Assembly: GCA_017964405.1 (NCBI GenBank)
Contig: JAGCSA010000042.1
Location: 1,738 to 65,737 of the forward strand
Source: Bacilli bacterium
GTDB lineage: Bacteria > Bacillota_I > Bacilli_A > RF39 > UBA660
DNA: 64,000 nt
Direction of reading: 5' to 3'
A program made the position numbers and the translations under genes. The notes under the pieces are model-generated. The model had not been told where the DNA came from and ran no database searches. It saw nothing but the letters and a program-made list of their open reading frames with translations. Positions 1 to 10,904 of the stretch are shown here, piece after piece; positions within the stretch are counted from its first letter, which is position 1; the number at the start of each line of letters is the position of its first letter.

Positions 1-1014
1 AGATCCTTCTTGGATTCCTCTTGTGAACTCTATTAACTTGGTTGGATTGTGGAAAATAATATTTTGCACAATATCTACTCTTTCTTCATTGTACTTTGGT
101 TCTACTTCATATCCTAGTAATTCTAATGCTTTACTCGTTAAAACAGCTGTTTTTAAGGAAGATGCTACGACACTAGGAGCCATATAGATTCCTTGTAATA
201 TTTGTTTATTTACCCCTAAACTTGGTCCTACTTCTCTTCCTTCTCCTGGTAGAGTTAATCTTTCTCCACATAGTACTACTAATTCATGACGTCCTGCAAT
301 ATAGGCACCATTCGGAGCAATTCCTCCTCCTAGATTTTTAATTAATGACCCTACCATGATATCGGCTCCCACTTCTGTTGGTTCTTTATCACTGACAAAC
401 TCACAATAGCAATTATCTACCATGACAATTACTTCTCCATCAATCTGTTTGATCATTTGAATGACTTTTTCTACTTTCTCGATCGAGAGACTCTTTCTCG
501 TAGAATATCCTTTACTTCTTTGAATTTCTACTACTTTTACTTCATGATTTTCTAAATATTTTCGGATTGCTTCATAGTCAAAATCATCTTCTACTAAATC
601 AATTTGATCATAGAAGATTCCAAAACTTTTTAAAGAACTTGGATTTTCTTTGATTCCAATTACTTCGTCTAAGGTATCATATGGTTTTCCACTAATACTT
701 AATAATAAATCTCCTGGTCTTAGTAATGCGAATAAACAGACATTAATGGCATGAGATCCCGATATAAATTGGTTTCTTACTAAAGCATCTTCTGCGCCTA
801 AAACATCTTTAAATATTTTCTCAATTTTATCTCTTCCCAAATCATTATAGCCATATCCTGTTGTTTCATGAAAACAAGATTCGGTTACTTCATTTTTTTG
901 AAAACTATGAAGAACTTTCCAACTGTTTTTTTCACATTGTTTTTCTATTTTTTGAAATTCTTCTTGGCAGGATTCCTCTGCACGATTTACTAAATCTAAA
1001 ACTTCCTCATTCAT
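1..1014 (-). CDS. PLP-dependent methionine gamma-lyase-family protein (YnbB / aluminium-resistance family), 3' end cut by window edge
   Basis: Absent from the ORF track because it runs off the window. My reverse-strand translation from the ATG at 1012-1014 gives MNEEVLDLVNRAEESCQEEF...GYGYNDLGRDKIEKIF...GSHAINVCLFALLRPGD...VMVDNCYCEF...MVGSLIKNLGGGIAP, open to base 1. Confidence 0.6.
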   Translation of the reverse strand, partial: MNEEVLDLVNRAEESCQEEFQKIEKQCEKNSWKVLHSFQKNEVTESCFHETTGYGYNDLGRDKIEKIFKDVLGAEDALVRNQFISGSHAINVCLFALLRPGDLLLSISGKPYDTLDEVIGIKENPSSLKSFGIFYDQIDLVEDDFDYEAIRKYLENHEVKVVEIQRSKGYSTRKSLSIEKVEKVIQMIKQIDGEVIVMVDNCYCEFVSDKEPTEVGADIMVGSLIKNLGGGIAPNGAYIAGRHELVVLCGERLTLPGEGREVGPSLGVNKQILQGIYMAPSVVASSLKTAVLTSKALELLGYEVEPKYNEERVDIVQNIIFHNPTKLIEFTRGIQEGS

Positions 1015-1025
1015 ATCTACACTTC

Positions 1026-1769
1026 CTATCCGTTGTATTTTCCACCATCTACTCGAATGATTGAATCATTGACATAACTTGCTTTGGAAGAAGATAAGAA
1101 GACTACAATCTTGCTGATTTCTTCTGGGGTTGCAAATCTTCCTAATAAGATCTTTTTCTTTTCTTCTTTAATTTGATCGATACTTAACTCTTTATTCATC
1201 GCTGTTTTTACCCATCCAGGACAAATACAATTGACATTGACAAAAGGAGCTAATTCTCTTGCGAAGTTGTGTGTTAAAGAAATAATACCTGCTTTGGATG
1301 CATCATAATCACAACTTTCTGGGTAATAGGTATCAATCGCATTGGTAGAAGAAATATTAATAATTTTTCCCTTCTTCGCATCTCTCATGACTCTTCCTAC
1401 ATATTTACTACATAGATAGGTTCCAATTAAATTGACATCTAAGATTCTTCTAAATTCTTTGATATTTTTATCCATCAATAGACTATCTCTTGATACTCCT
1501 GCATTGTTGACTAAGATATCGATTCCTCCAAATTGATCGACAATCTCATTGACCATCTTTTCTACTTCTTCTTCTTTGGATACATCACACTTAATGGTCA
1601 AAACATCTACTTTGTATTTTTCTTTGATTGTTTTTTCTAATTCTTTTGCTTCTTTTTCATGATGACAATAATTAATCACAACGGTTACTCCTTGACGAGC
1701 AAACTCTTCAATACAACTAGCACCAATTCCTCGATTACTTCCTGTAACTAAAGCAACTACTCTCTTCAT
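1026..1769 (-). CDS. SDR-family oxidoreductase, 3-oxoacyl-ACP reductase (FabG)-like
   Basis: 247 aa. TGSNRGIG Rossmann motif, NNAGV, catalytic YDASK. Confidence 0.8.
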   Translation of the reverse strand: MKRVVALVTGSNRGIGASCIEEFARQGVTVVINYCHHEKEAKELEKTIKEKYKVDVLTIKCDVSKEEEVEKMVNEIVDQFGGIDILVNNAGVSRDSLLMDKNIKEFRRILDVNLIGTYLCSKYVGRVMRDAKKGKIINISSTNAIDTYYPESCDYDASKAGIISLTHNFARELAPFVNVNCICPGWVKTAMNKELSIDQIKEEKKKILLGRFATPEEISKIVVFLSSSKASYVNDSIIRVDGGKYNG

Positions 1770-1773
1770 ATTC

Positions 1774-2211
1774 TTATCCTTTCCCCAATAGGTTATTTGA
1801 TTCTAAAAAAGGTTTTATTTCTTTTATATCTTTTATATTAGTTAGACTGGCCACTACTACTTTCTCTTCTACGTATAAAATGGTTGGCTCTATAATATCC
1901 GATTCTTGTAAATCTACTTTTCGTAAGAAGTCACTAAAATATCGTTCGCGGTCTCGATAGACCACTTCATAAGATACTCCGTTGACATTTAATTCATTTT
2001 TAATTTCACGATTATTTTTGATTTTTGTTGTCGTTACTAAAATCACAAGAGATGATTGTTTCTCTAATTTTTGATTAATGGCAATCTCTTTTGCACCAAA
2101 TTTATTTACTAGCATGATGACAAATAAAGATCCAAATAAAATAAATACGAGAAACCAAAGTCCAATCTTTTGGATTAATTCTTTTAATTCTACATCTTCT
2201 TTATCAATCAT
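1774..2211 (-). CDS. hypothetical membrane-anchored protein
   Basis: 145 aa, one N-terminal hydrophobic helix (LWFLVFILFGSLFVIMLV). No motif recognised. Confidence 0.45.
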   Translation of the reverse strand: MIDKEDVELKELIQKIGLWFLVFILFGSLFVIMLVNKFGAKEIAINQKLEKQSSLVILVTTTKIKNNREIKNELNVNGVSYEVVYRDRERYFSDFLRKVDLQESDIIEPTILYVEEKVVVASLTNIKDIKEIKPFLESNNLLGKG

Positions 2212-2358
2212 TTTCTCATCCCTTTTCTATTATCATTTTACTATAAATTCTTTCAAAAGAAAATATATCATCCTTCAAGAACAAAAAAAGCACTTGGTCA
2301 AATGACACAAGTGCACTAAGTAATTGGATTTTTTATCTGTATGATTTTGCAATGACTC

Positions 2359-5300
2359 TTATTTTACTTTTTCAACTTTGATGTATGCTTCTTCTTCATT
2401 TAAATCACATTGGTATTTTTCTGTTAGAGAAATATCTTTGATTAATTCCTCTCCTAGGGTTTCTCCCATGATGTAATCTTTGAATTTTCTTAACATTTCT
2501 TCTACTTGGTCAGATCCATTATAGTAGATATTAATATGATCGGTAATGACAAAATCTGCTTCTTTTCTTAAAGATTGTACTTTTCTAACAAATTCACGTG
2601 CTAATCCTTCTAAGATTAAATCTTCGGTTAATTCAGTATCTAATACGACAATCGTTCTATTATTCGAAGTAGAAGCATATCCTTCTTTCTGTTTGATGGA
2701 TACTAACGTATTTTCATTATTTAATTCAAAGTCTTCTCCGTCTAATTTTACGGTTAATCCTTTTTCACTTAATTCTCTTATTTCACTACTAGTTAATTTA
2801 GAGATAATTTGTTGTAGTTCTTTCATCTTTGGACCTAATGTTTTTCCAAGTACTTGGAAATTTGGTTTTACAATATACTCTAAATACTCTGTCATATCTT
2901 GTTTGAATTGTACTTCTTTTACGTTTAATTCTTCTTCAATAACTGGTAGTAAATCTCCAATGATTAATTCATCACTCTTTGGAAGAATTAAACTACTGAT
3001 TGGTTGACGTACTTTGATATTGACTTCTTCTCTTGCGAATCTTCCTAGAGAACAAATATCTCTTACTAAATCCATTCTCTCTTCTACGGATTCATTGATT
3101 AATGATTCTTCTGCTTTTGGGAAGTCTGCTAGATGAACAGATTCTTCTCCTGTTAATTTTCCATAGATTTCTTCTGTTAAGAATGGAGTAATTGGAGCAC
3201 AGATTTTACATAAAGCTACTAATACTTCATACGTTGTTTGATAAACGGCTTTTTTAGAATCATTACATTCTGAATCCCAGAATCTACGTCTATTACTTCT
3301 AATATACCAATTTGATAAATCATCATTTAAGAATGGTACGATTAGTTTTGCTACTTTATTTAAATCATATTCTTCATAGGCTGCTGTTACGTCTTTTACT
3401 AATCTATTTAATTTAGAAAGTAACCATCTATCAATTAGTTCTCTCTTTTCTACTGGAATATTGTATTCTCTTGGATCAATATGATCAGCATTGGCATACA
3501 TTTCAAAGAAAGAATATGCATTCTTAAAGGTAGAAATATATTTGGAATAAATCTCTTTTAATCCTTCTACATCAAATTTTAATGGGGTCCATACAGGAGA
3601 TGCATATAACATATAGAATCTTACGGTATCTGCTCCATACTCTTCCATAATATCAAATGGAGAAATAGAATTACCTCTCGACTTATGCATCTTTTGTCCA
3701 TTTTTATCTAATAATAGGTCGTTGACTAATACATTTTTATAAGGGGACTTTCCTGTTACAAAAACAGAGACTGCCATTAGAGAATAGAACCATCCTCTTG
3801 TCTGGTCAATTCCTTCTGAAATAAAGTCAGCTGGGAATTGTTCTTCAAATAACTTTTTATTTTCAAATGGATAATGATATTGTGCAAAAGGCATTGCTCC
3901 ACTATCAAACCAACAGTCCATAACATCCGTTACTCTTGTCATTTCTTTTCCACAATCTGGACATTTAATATGAACTTCATCTACATATGGTCTATGTAAT
4001 TCGATTGTTTCATCTATTTTTTCAATGGCTTTTTCTACTAATTCTTTACGAGAACCAATCATCTCTTCATGACCACAACTACATCTCCATAGAGGGATTG
4101 GGGTTCCCCAATATCTATTTCTAGAGATAGCCCAGTCATTCATATTTTCTAACCAGTTACCAAAACGTTTTTCTCCTACATAATCTGGATACCAATTTAC
4201 CTTTTTGTTTTCTTCGATAATTTCTTTTTGTTTTGCAGTTGTCTTAATATATAAAGATGGTTTTGAATAATAAACAAGTGGTGTTTTACATCTCCAACAA
4301 TGTGGATAGTCATGGTTCATCTTTTGTTTCTTAAATAGTTTATCTTCTGCTGCTAAATACTTGATGATTTCTACTTCTAGTTCTGGATCTACTACTAATC
4401 TTCCTTTCCAAGGACCTTCTGTAAAGCATCCATCTTCTCCTACTGGATTCAACATTGCTAAATCATATTTTAATCCTACTTCGTAGTCATCTTGTCCAAA
4501 GGCAGGAGCAATATGAACGATACCCGTACCATCTTCCATCGTTACATAATCATCGCATGTAACAATAAATGCTTTTTTGTTCTTAGGTGTTTTTAAGATT
4601 GGTAATAATTGTTCATACTCTCTGTTTTCTAGATCTGTTCCTTTATACTCTTCTACTACTTCGTAAGAGTCTCCTAATAGTTTATCTGCTAATGCTTTGG
4701 CAACGATAAAGTTATATCCTTTTGATAAACATTTTACATATGTTTCTTTTGGATTGACACATAGTGCTACGTTTGACATTAACGTCCATGGAGTCGTTGT
4801 CCATACTAAGTAATAGGTGTTTTCTTCCTCTTTTGCTTTGAATGGAACATATACCGTATTAACAGAGATTTCTTTATATCCTTGTGCTACTTCATGAGAA
4901 GCAAGTCCTGTTCCACATCTAGGACACCAAGGAACAATTTTTAATCAATCATAGATATATCCTTCATCAAAGATCTTCTTTAAGATCCACCATTCTGTTT
5001 CAATATAGTTATTATCGTAAGTAACATATGGATTCTCTAAGTCAATGAATTGACCCATTTCTTTGGTAAACTGTGTAAAATACTTTTCATTCTTCCAAAC
5101 ACTTTCTCTACATTTTTGGTTGAATTCTTTAATTCCGTATTTTTCAATATCGCCTTTTCCATTGAATCCTAGTTCTTTTTCTACTTGTACTTCTACTGGT
5201 AGACCATGGGTATCCCATCCTACTTTTCTTACGACACGGAATCCTTGCATAGCTTTATATTTACAGATGGTATCTTTTAATAATTTTGCCATCATATGAT

Positions 5301-5463
5301 GAATTCCTGGCATACCATTGGCTGTTGCTGGTCCATCATAAAAGACAAAGTTTTCTTTTCTTTGTTTAATACTCTTTTCAAAAGTATTTTTCTTATCCCA
5401 ATACTCACTATATTTTTTTTCTACATCATTGATTTTTCCTGATTCTAATTTTTTAAATTTCAT
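2359..5463 (-). pseudogene. ileS: isoleucine--tRNA ligase (long, type-2-like IleRS) interrupted by one in-frame TGA at 4945-4947
   Basis: ORFs 4945..5463 (HIGH-like GMPGIHHMM) and 2359..4779 (KMHKSRGN = KMSKS) are in the same frame. A hand read across the gap gives ...[34 protein letters not shown]... Total 1035 codons. Confidence 0.85.
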
Positions 5464-5475
5464 ATTTACACTTCC

Positions 5476-6423
5476 TTAAAAAAATACTACGTAACTATAA
5501 TACGTGATAAATAATAATAAAAAGATAATTCCTTCTTTTCTGGATATTTTTCGATCATTGAATGAAAAGAAGAATAATAAAATAGCTGCTATTAACATAA
5601 CAAGTAAGTCAATATAACTGAAGGATACGGCTCCAATTCCTCCTAAGATAGCAACCGGTATTCCTATTACAACCCCAATATTAAAGATATTACTTCCTAC
5701 GACATTTCCTATCGCAATATCGTATTCTCCTTTTTTGGTTGCTACAACAGAGGTTACTAATTCTGGAAGAGAAGTTCCTAAAGCAATAATTGTTAGAGAT
5801 ATCATTCTTTCTGTTACTCCTAATTCTTTTGCTAAAGCTGCGGCATTATCCACAACCATATTACTTCCTAATACAATTCCTATAATTCCAATAATGGTAT
5901 AGATTATTGCTTTTCTTAATAAAATCGGTTTAGAAGATTCTTCTTCTACTTTGGTTCTTGTCATTTTAATTAAATAATATAGGAATACTCCAAAGAATAA
6001 GATTAATACAATTCCATCCCCTCTTGTGAAGATATTTTCTACTCCTTTATCAAATAAATGATCGGAAAGGAGTGTCGCAAAAGCTGCTGATATCATCAAT
6101 GTAATTGGTAATTCTTTCTTAACTGTATTATTTTTCACAACTAATGGATGAAAGAGAGAAGCTAATCCTAATATCAATAAGATATTTAAAATATTACTTC
6201 CGATGACATTTCCTAATACAATGTCTCCACTACCAGATAATAAGGATTTTACACTAACAGCAAACTCTGGAGCACTGGTTCCAAAAGCTACAATCGTAAG
6301 TCCTATGAGAATTTTGGATACTTTGAAATTCTCTGCAATGCCACTCGCTCCTTCTACAAAGAAATCGGCTCCTTTTATGAGTAATACAAATCCTATGACT
6401 AATAAAATGATATTTAAAATCAT
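5476..6423 (-). CDS. Ca2+/Na+ antiporter, CaCA (YrbG-like) family
   Basis: Two alpha-repeat motifs (GTSAPE / GTSLPE) and about 10 TM helices. Start moved to MILNIILLV (ATG 6423, RBS AAAGGAGGA) because the upstream part of the track ORF is the T-box leader. Confidence 0.8.
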   Translation of the reverse strand: MILNIILLVIGFVLLIKGADFFVEGASGIAENFKVSKILIGLTIVAFGTSAPEFAVSVKSLLSGSGDIVLGNVIGSNILNILLILGLASLFHPLVVKNNTVKKELPITLMISAAFATLLSDHLFDKGVENIFTRGDGIVLILFFGVFLYYLIKMTRTKVEEESSKPILLRKAIIYTIIGIIGIVLGSNMVVDNAAALAKELGVTERMISLTIIALGTSLPELVTSVVATKKGEYDIAIGNVVGSNIFNIGVVIGIPVAILGGIGAVSFSYIDLLVMLIAAILLFFFSFNDRKISRKEGIIFLLLFITYYSYVVFF

Positions 6424-6439
6424 ATGAATCCTCCTTTTT

Positions 6440-6665
6440 TCTTTTTTTGAATAAAAAAAGAACAATTCGCTAAGGACGAATTGTTCGTGGTACCACCTTA
6501 ATTTATAAGTTTTCACTTATCTTAAAACTATAACGCGTTACCGTATTTATCTTATCCATAAATCGCAACTTGAAAGTGATCCGAATACTTCTTCGTTATC
6601 TATTTTCACCTACCATAGACTCTCTACAAAACCCGAAACATTCCGTCTTTCGCTCCTGCTTTCGT
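6440..6665 (-). promoter_or_regulatory. T-box riboswitch leader, Ile (AUC) specifier
   Basis: On the minus strand: AG box GTAGAGAGTC; distal loop GGTAGGTGAAA closed by TCTAT/ATAGA; ATC-A (ATC = 6578-6580) immediately 5' of CTTTC, which pairs with the upstream GAAAG; T-box sequence AAGGTGGTACCACG (6486-6499); mutually exclusive terminator. An extended -10 (TGCTATATT) lies at 6671-6679. Confidence 0.8.
6453..6486 (-). terminator. T-box terminator hairpin
   Basis: GAACAATTCG-tccttag-CGAATTGTTC (10-bp stem) followed by T7 on the minus strand. Confidence 0.85.
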
Positions 6666-6715
6666 GTAATAATATAGCACATATTCTATGGGAAAACAAC
6701 ACTTATTTTGTTGTT

Positions 6716-7900
6716 TTAACCCACATGTTTTACTAAATTAGAGGTAGCAGGTTCTACTAATACACCTTCATCGACGGTTGTAATATAGATATTTCCTGTG
6801 GATAAAGCAATTCCTGGTGTTAATTCATCATGTGTTCCTCTGACTTCTCCCACTGTATAAGTACAAGCAGATCCCTTCATAATACAAGTTAAATCTGCAT
6901 ATAAAACAAGTTCTCCATCTTCTTCTCCTTCTGGAGTGGTAATTGTATATTTACCAAAAGGATAAGAATAACTTCCTAATTTAAGAGTTCCTGCTAATTT
7001 CTTTGCTTCTTCTTCTAATCTAGCTTTTTCAGCAGCTTCTTCTGCTTCTTTTCTTTTTGCTTCTTCTTGATCTGTTACATATTGATTATAAATATTTTTC
7101 TCTTCTTCTTCTTTGATATTGTTATCAGATAATAACTTTTTAATCGTAATACCTTCTTTTTCTAGTTTTTTAACATCTAGTTTTTGATTCATTTTATATT
7201 CCATTGCATTATCTAGAACTGGTTTCTCATGATAATTTTTGGTAAGAGATAGATAATTTGCTAAAAAATCTTCTTCTTTTATAATCTTTTTAGCAGAATC
7301 AATAATGGTATAGTTCTTTTCATGAACCGTATACCAAAGAGATTTTGCTCTTTCAGATGAATAGGTATATCCAAGAGAATCTTTTGCATCTAATGGAAAA
7401 CTATCATCATACGTTATTTCTTCATCTACTTCTATAGAAAGTAAGACTTTTTTCTCTTTCTCTTCTGCATAGACAACTAATTCTTGATCTAAATCAGAAT
7501 CAATATCTAAACTTAATAAATAAACCGTATCGGATTTCATCCCATTCAAATCTAATCCTCTTTGAATTTCATCATCTAAGGATCCATCTTCTAATGCTGA
7601 TTGAATGGTTGTTACAAAAGAACTACCTGTTATCTTCTTCTCTACTGTTTTTTCTTCTTTCTTCTTTGGAAGGAAGATGATCAATAAAATAATGATTAAT
7701 AGAATTACTCCGATAGAAATACCTGCTATTAGGAAGATTTTCTTTTTATTTGTTTTTTTCTCTTTTTTCTCTTCTTTGGGTGGTTCTTCCTTCTTCTCTT
7801 CCTCAGGAGTTGTTTCTTCTTCTTTTTCTTCGTCAATTTCTTCTTTTTCTTCAATTTCCTTTAAGTTTTTAATCTCTTTTGTTATTTCCTCTTCTTCCAT
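6716..7900 (-). CDS. hypothetical single-pass membrane protein with E/K-rich cytoplasmic head
   Basis: Start placed at MEEEEITKE (AGGAGA RBS), downstream of the divIVA terminator. TM helix IFLIAGISIGVILLIIILLIIFL. No family recognised. Confidence 0.5.
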   Translation of the reverse strand: MEEEEITKEIKNLKEIEEKEEIDEEKEEETTPEEEKKEEPPKEEKKEKKTNKKKIFLIAGISIGVILLIIILLIIFLPKKKEEKTVEKKITGSSFVTTIQSALEDGSLDDEIQRGLDLNGMKSDTVYLLSLDIDSDLDQELVVYAEEKEKKVLLSIEVDEEITYDDSFPLDAKDSLGYTYSSERAKSLWYTVHEKNYTIIDSAKKIIKEEDFLANYLSLTKNYHEKPVLDNAMEYKMNQKLDVKKLEKEGITIKKLLSDNNIKEEEEKNIYNQYVTDQEEAKRKEAEEAAEKARLEEEAKKLAGTLKLGSYSYPFGKYTITTPEGEEDGELVLYADLTCIMKGSACTYTVGEVRGTHDELTPGIALSTGNIYITTVDEGVLVEPATSNLVKHVG

Positions 7901-7913
7901 ATTGACTCTCCTT

Positions 7914-7939
7914 AAACGAAAAGTAGACATTTGTCTACT
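7914..7939 (-). terminator. intrinsic terminator after the DivIVA-like gene
   Basis: AGTAGAC-aaat-GTCTACT followed by TTTCGTTT on the minus strand. Confidence 0.6.
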
Positions 7940-8334
7940 TATTCTTCTATTTCTAATTCATCAATTTTTTCTATGATTGTTCTCTGTTGTTCTATAATGA
8001 GTTTTAATTTTTTCTTAAAGATTACCATGTTCTTTTCTAGTCGTTTTCTTTGGGATTCTACTACTTCTGCTTTTTGAAGTGCATCATTGATGATTTCGGA
8101 TGCTTCTTTTTTAGCAGTCATAATAATCTTTTCACTTTCTTCTTGTACCATTACGTCTTTTAGATTTTCTTCTAACTCTTTGTAATGCTTTAATTCTGAT
8201 TTTAATTCTTGGATTTGTTCTTCTTGTTCTTTATACTTTTCTGTCATGACTTCTGTTTCTTGAATGACTTCTCGTATAAAGTCTTTTACTTCTTCTCTGT
8301 TATATCCATTCGTTTCTTGACTAAATTTTTTCAT
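7939..8334 (-). CDS. DivIVA-domain cell-division protein
   Basis: 131 aa. N-terminal F..ETNGYNREEVKDFIREV resembles the DivIVA lipid-binding domain, followed by coiled coil. Sits between sepF and ileS, as divIVA does in Bacillus. Confidence 0.7.
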   Translation of the reverse strand: MKKFSQETNGYNREEVKDFIREVIQETEVMTEKYKEQEEQIQELKSELKHYKELEENLKDVMVQEESEKIIMTAKKEASEIINDALQKAEVVESQRKRLEKNMVIFKKKLKLIIEQQRTIIEKIDELEIEE

Positions 8335-8365
8335 AGAATCACCTCAAAGATGCCCTATTTATTCT

Positions 8366-8809
8366 TTAAAAGAAATCGTCTTCTGTCTCCTCTTTTTCAG
8401 CCATGTATTCTGCTCCAGGTCCTACTGGTTTTGCTTGTTGTTGTTCATCACTGATTTTTCCATCTACAACCACATTATTTGGTGTACATAAGAAGATTCC
8501 TCCTCCTAGTTTTTGAATATCTCCATCAATGGCATAGATTGTTCCATATAAGAAATCTACAATTCTCTTTGCTTGATCTGGTGTTACTCTCTTTAAGTTA
8601 ACAACAACTGCATTTCTTCTTTTTAAATAATCTGCAATTTGTTGACTTTCTGAATATGCACGTGGCTCTAAAAGCATCATTTTAGATCCTGCAATTCCAT
8701 TTTGTTCATGATATTCTTCTCTAGAAGTCTTATAAAATCCTTCGCTTTCTTCTACTCTTTCTTCAGTTTCTTCTCCTGAACCAAAGAATCCTTTTAATTT
8801 ATCTTTCAC
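8366..8809 (-). CDS. sepF: cell division protein SepF
   Basis: 147 aa. C-terminal core [30 protein letters not shown]...[29 protein letters not shown]. Confidence 0.85.
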   Translation of the reverse strand: MKDKLKGFFGSGEETEERVEESEGFYKTSREEYHEQNGIAGSKMMLLEPRAYSESQQIADYLKRRNAVVVNLKRVTPDQAKRIVDFLYGTIYAIDGDIQKLGGGIFLCTPNNVVVDGKISDEQQQAKPVGPGAEYMAEKEETEDDFF

Positions 8810-8928
8810 GTTACCCTACTCCTTTATTTTATTTTTCATTTTTTAAGGCACATTTGCACTATATTTCTACTATAAATAATTTTAGCATAGTTTTTTGAAA
8901 AGAAAAAGTACAAATTTTTATTTTTTCG

Positions 8929-10821
8929 TTATTCTGGTTGAATGGCTACTAATGGTTGTGATGGTTGTGGCGGTGCTGCCTGTTGTGTTCTCATCGATTG
9001 TTGTGCTACTTGATCACTCAATATAGAGGAAACATCCATTCCATTTGGATTTGGTGCTACTTCGTACCATACCTTCTCCAAATCAACATTGTTGGATAAT
9101 GGTCTTGGATTTGGTATATCAATATAAAGGGATGTTGGCACTCTAAAGGCTGTACCAAATGCTATACAGTTTCCTGGTTTTAAGTTCTTTAGTTGTAAGA
9201 CAATTTCCGATGAAATATTCGGAACCATCTCTTTGATATAGGTTAAATCTACTGGGTGCATCGTTCTCATAATAATGAAATTGGCACACTGTGATACACA
9301 AGTATCCGATAATTCACTCGGTCTCTGTGTAACCATTGCGAGGAAGACACCATATTTTCTTCCTTCTTTCGCAATTCGTTCAAAAATATTATATCCTAAG
9401 ATATCATTATCACTATCATGTCTTACATAACGGTGAGCCTCTTCAATAATAATGTGGAAAGCTTTACTACCTCTTGGCTTCAAGGTGCTGGCTCTTTGGA
9501 ATAACATTCTAGAAATAATTTTCGTAATCACTTTTGCTAAACGATCATCTACATAGTTAATATTAAAGTTAACAATTTGTACACGAGAGGATGTCTGTGG
9601 ATCCCACAACAAAGTCTCAATAAACTGATCTTTTGTAATATATTTTGGATAAGAGAAATAATGTCTATTCTCTCCTGTTGCTAATGTATGAAGACGAACA
9701 TTCATGACATTGGCATTATCAAATACTTTGTTACTCTTTAAAATACCTTCACTAATCAAAGCAAATTCCATTGCTAACTCTAAGTCATTTAAGGAATAGT
9801 ATGGATTGGCATCCGATTCATCTAAGTCTACATCTTCAATAATGTATCCTCTTATGAATTCTACTACTAATTCCATCTCTTGCATTTTTCCAATCTTATC
9901 GACATATAAACATTGTTTTAACGTTCTTGTATATCCTGGTTGTACGATAGGACTTTCTAGATTTAAAGTGGTTGTATTAAACTTGGTTAATACTCCCATA
10001 ACTTGGTCTCTGATTTTCGTAGATTCAGCTCCACTTAATAAAATATCTTGAATCGCTCTTGCGATAATATCATTTTTTCTACGAATAACACTTTCACTAC
10101 GACCTGTTAAGATACGGACTAATTTTAATGCTTTTTCAATAATTGGTAATTGTGTTGGGTTATTGGCATCTAATAATAAAGCAAGATCATCTATATCTAA
10201 TAACCATACTGGAATTCTTAAGATTTCACAGTCTGGATCAATAATATTGGTTGTATAGGCTTTATATCCTAAACGAGGATTATGTTCTCTTAGTTTTGAA
10301 AATGCATGGGTATACTCTCCATAAGCATCAAAGAAGAATAATCCTGAATTAATAGGAGGAGTTTGTCCCATATATAATTTTTGTAAGATAGATGCTACCG
10401 CACAGCTCTTTCCAGAACCAGAGTTTCCTAGTACTGCAAAGTGGCTATTAAAGAAGTCATTAATATCGACATTAATCTTATATCCATCATAGACATTACT
10501 GGTACCAAAGTTGGTTAATCCTCTTCTTAATTCTTGTTTTCCAAAGATTAACTCTAACTCTGACATATCAATTAATCTTACAACTGATTTAAAAGATGGT
10601 TTGGAAGTAGAACCAGGAGTAAAGACACCATTTACAATGTCTCCTACGATATGTGCTATCATGTATTCTTTATCTGCATTCGCGATTTCTCCTACGGTCT
10701 TTTTTGTTCCATCATCAAAAATGACATGTAAATTTACTAAACTAGGTTGTTCCGCAATATCAATATCTAGTTTGATTTTAATCTTGTCATCTATTATCTC
10801 TGCAATTTTTCCTAGCATCAC
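8929..10821 (-). CDS. HerA/DUF87-family P-loop ATPase
   Basis: 630 aa. Walker A GNSGSGKS, Walker B region FHIIIEEAHRY, N-terminal barrel-like region, Q/P-rich C-terminal tail. Confidence 0.7.
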   Translation of the reverse strand: MMLGKIAEIIDDKIKIKLDIDIAEQPSLVNLHVIFDDGTKKTVGEIANADKEYMIAHIVGDIVNGVFTPGSTSKPSFKSVVRLIDMSELELIFGKQELRRGLTNFGTSNVYDGYKINVDINDFFNSHFAVLGNSGSGKSCAVASILQKLYMGQTPPINSGLFFFDAYGEYTHAFSKLREHNPRLGYKAYTTNIIDPDCEILRIPVWLLDIDDLALLLDANNPTQLPIIEKALKLVRILTGRSESVIRRKNDIIARAIQDILLSGAESTKIRDQVMGVLTKFNTTTLNLESPIVQPGYTRTLKQCLYVDKIGKMQEMELVVEFIRGYIIEDVDLDESDANPYYSLNDLELAMEFALISEGILKSNKVFDNANVMNVRLHTLATGENRHYFSYPKYITKDQFIETLLWDPQTSSRVQIVNFNINYVDDRLAKVITKIISRMLFQRASTLKPRGSKAFHIIIEEAHRYVRHDSDNDILGYNIFERIAKEGRKYGVFLAMVTQRPSELSDTCVSQCANFIIMRTMHPVDLTYIKEMVPNISSEIVLQLKNLKPGNCIAFGTAFRVPTSLYIDIPNPRPLSNNVDLEKVWYEVAPNPNGMDVSSILSDQVAQQSMRTQQAAPPQPSQPLVAIQPE

Positions 10822-10904
10822 AAATCACCCTCTATTATGCTTTTATTATAACAAATATCCCTTCAAAAAAAAAGAATCTATTTTGGGAAAAATAAAAAAG
10901 ATGT

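Noticed and set aside
4945-4947. TGA in ileS as evidence of an alternative genetic code (TGA = Trp or Gly) or of selenocysteine
   Set aside because: TGA terminates pgi (GAG TGA TAG at 17371), and long ORFs elsewhere are consistent with the standard code. The second interrupted gene uses TAA, not TGA. I see no convincing SECIS-like hairpin downstream, and the aligned position is not catalytic.
8929-10821. HerA-like ATPase as part of a Sir2-HerA or DUF4297-HerA anti-phage system
   Set aside because: No Sir2, DUF4297 or nuclease gene is adjacent. The only Sir2-family gene (53283..54008) is 42 kb away and looks like an ordinary CobB deacylase with a zinc ribbon.
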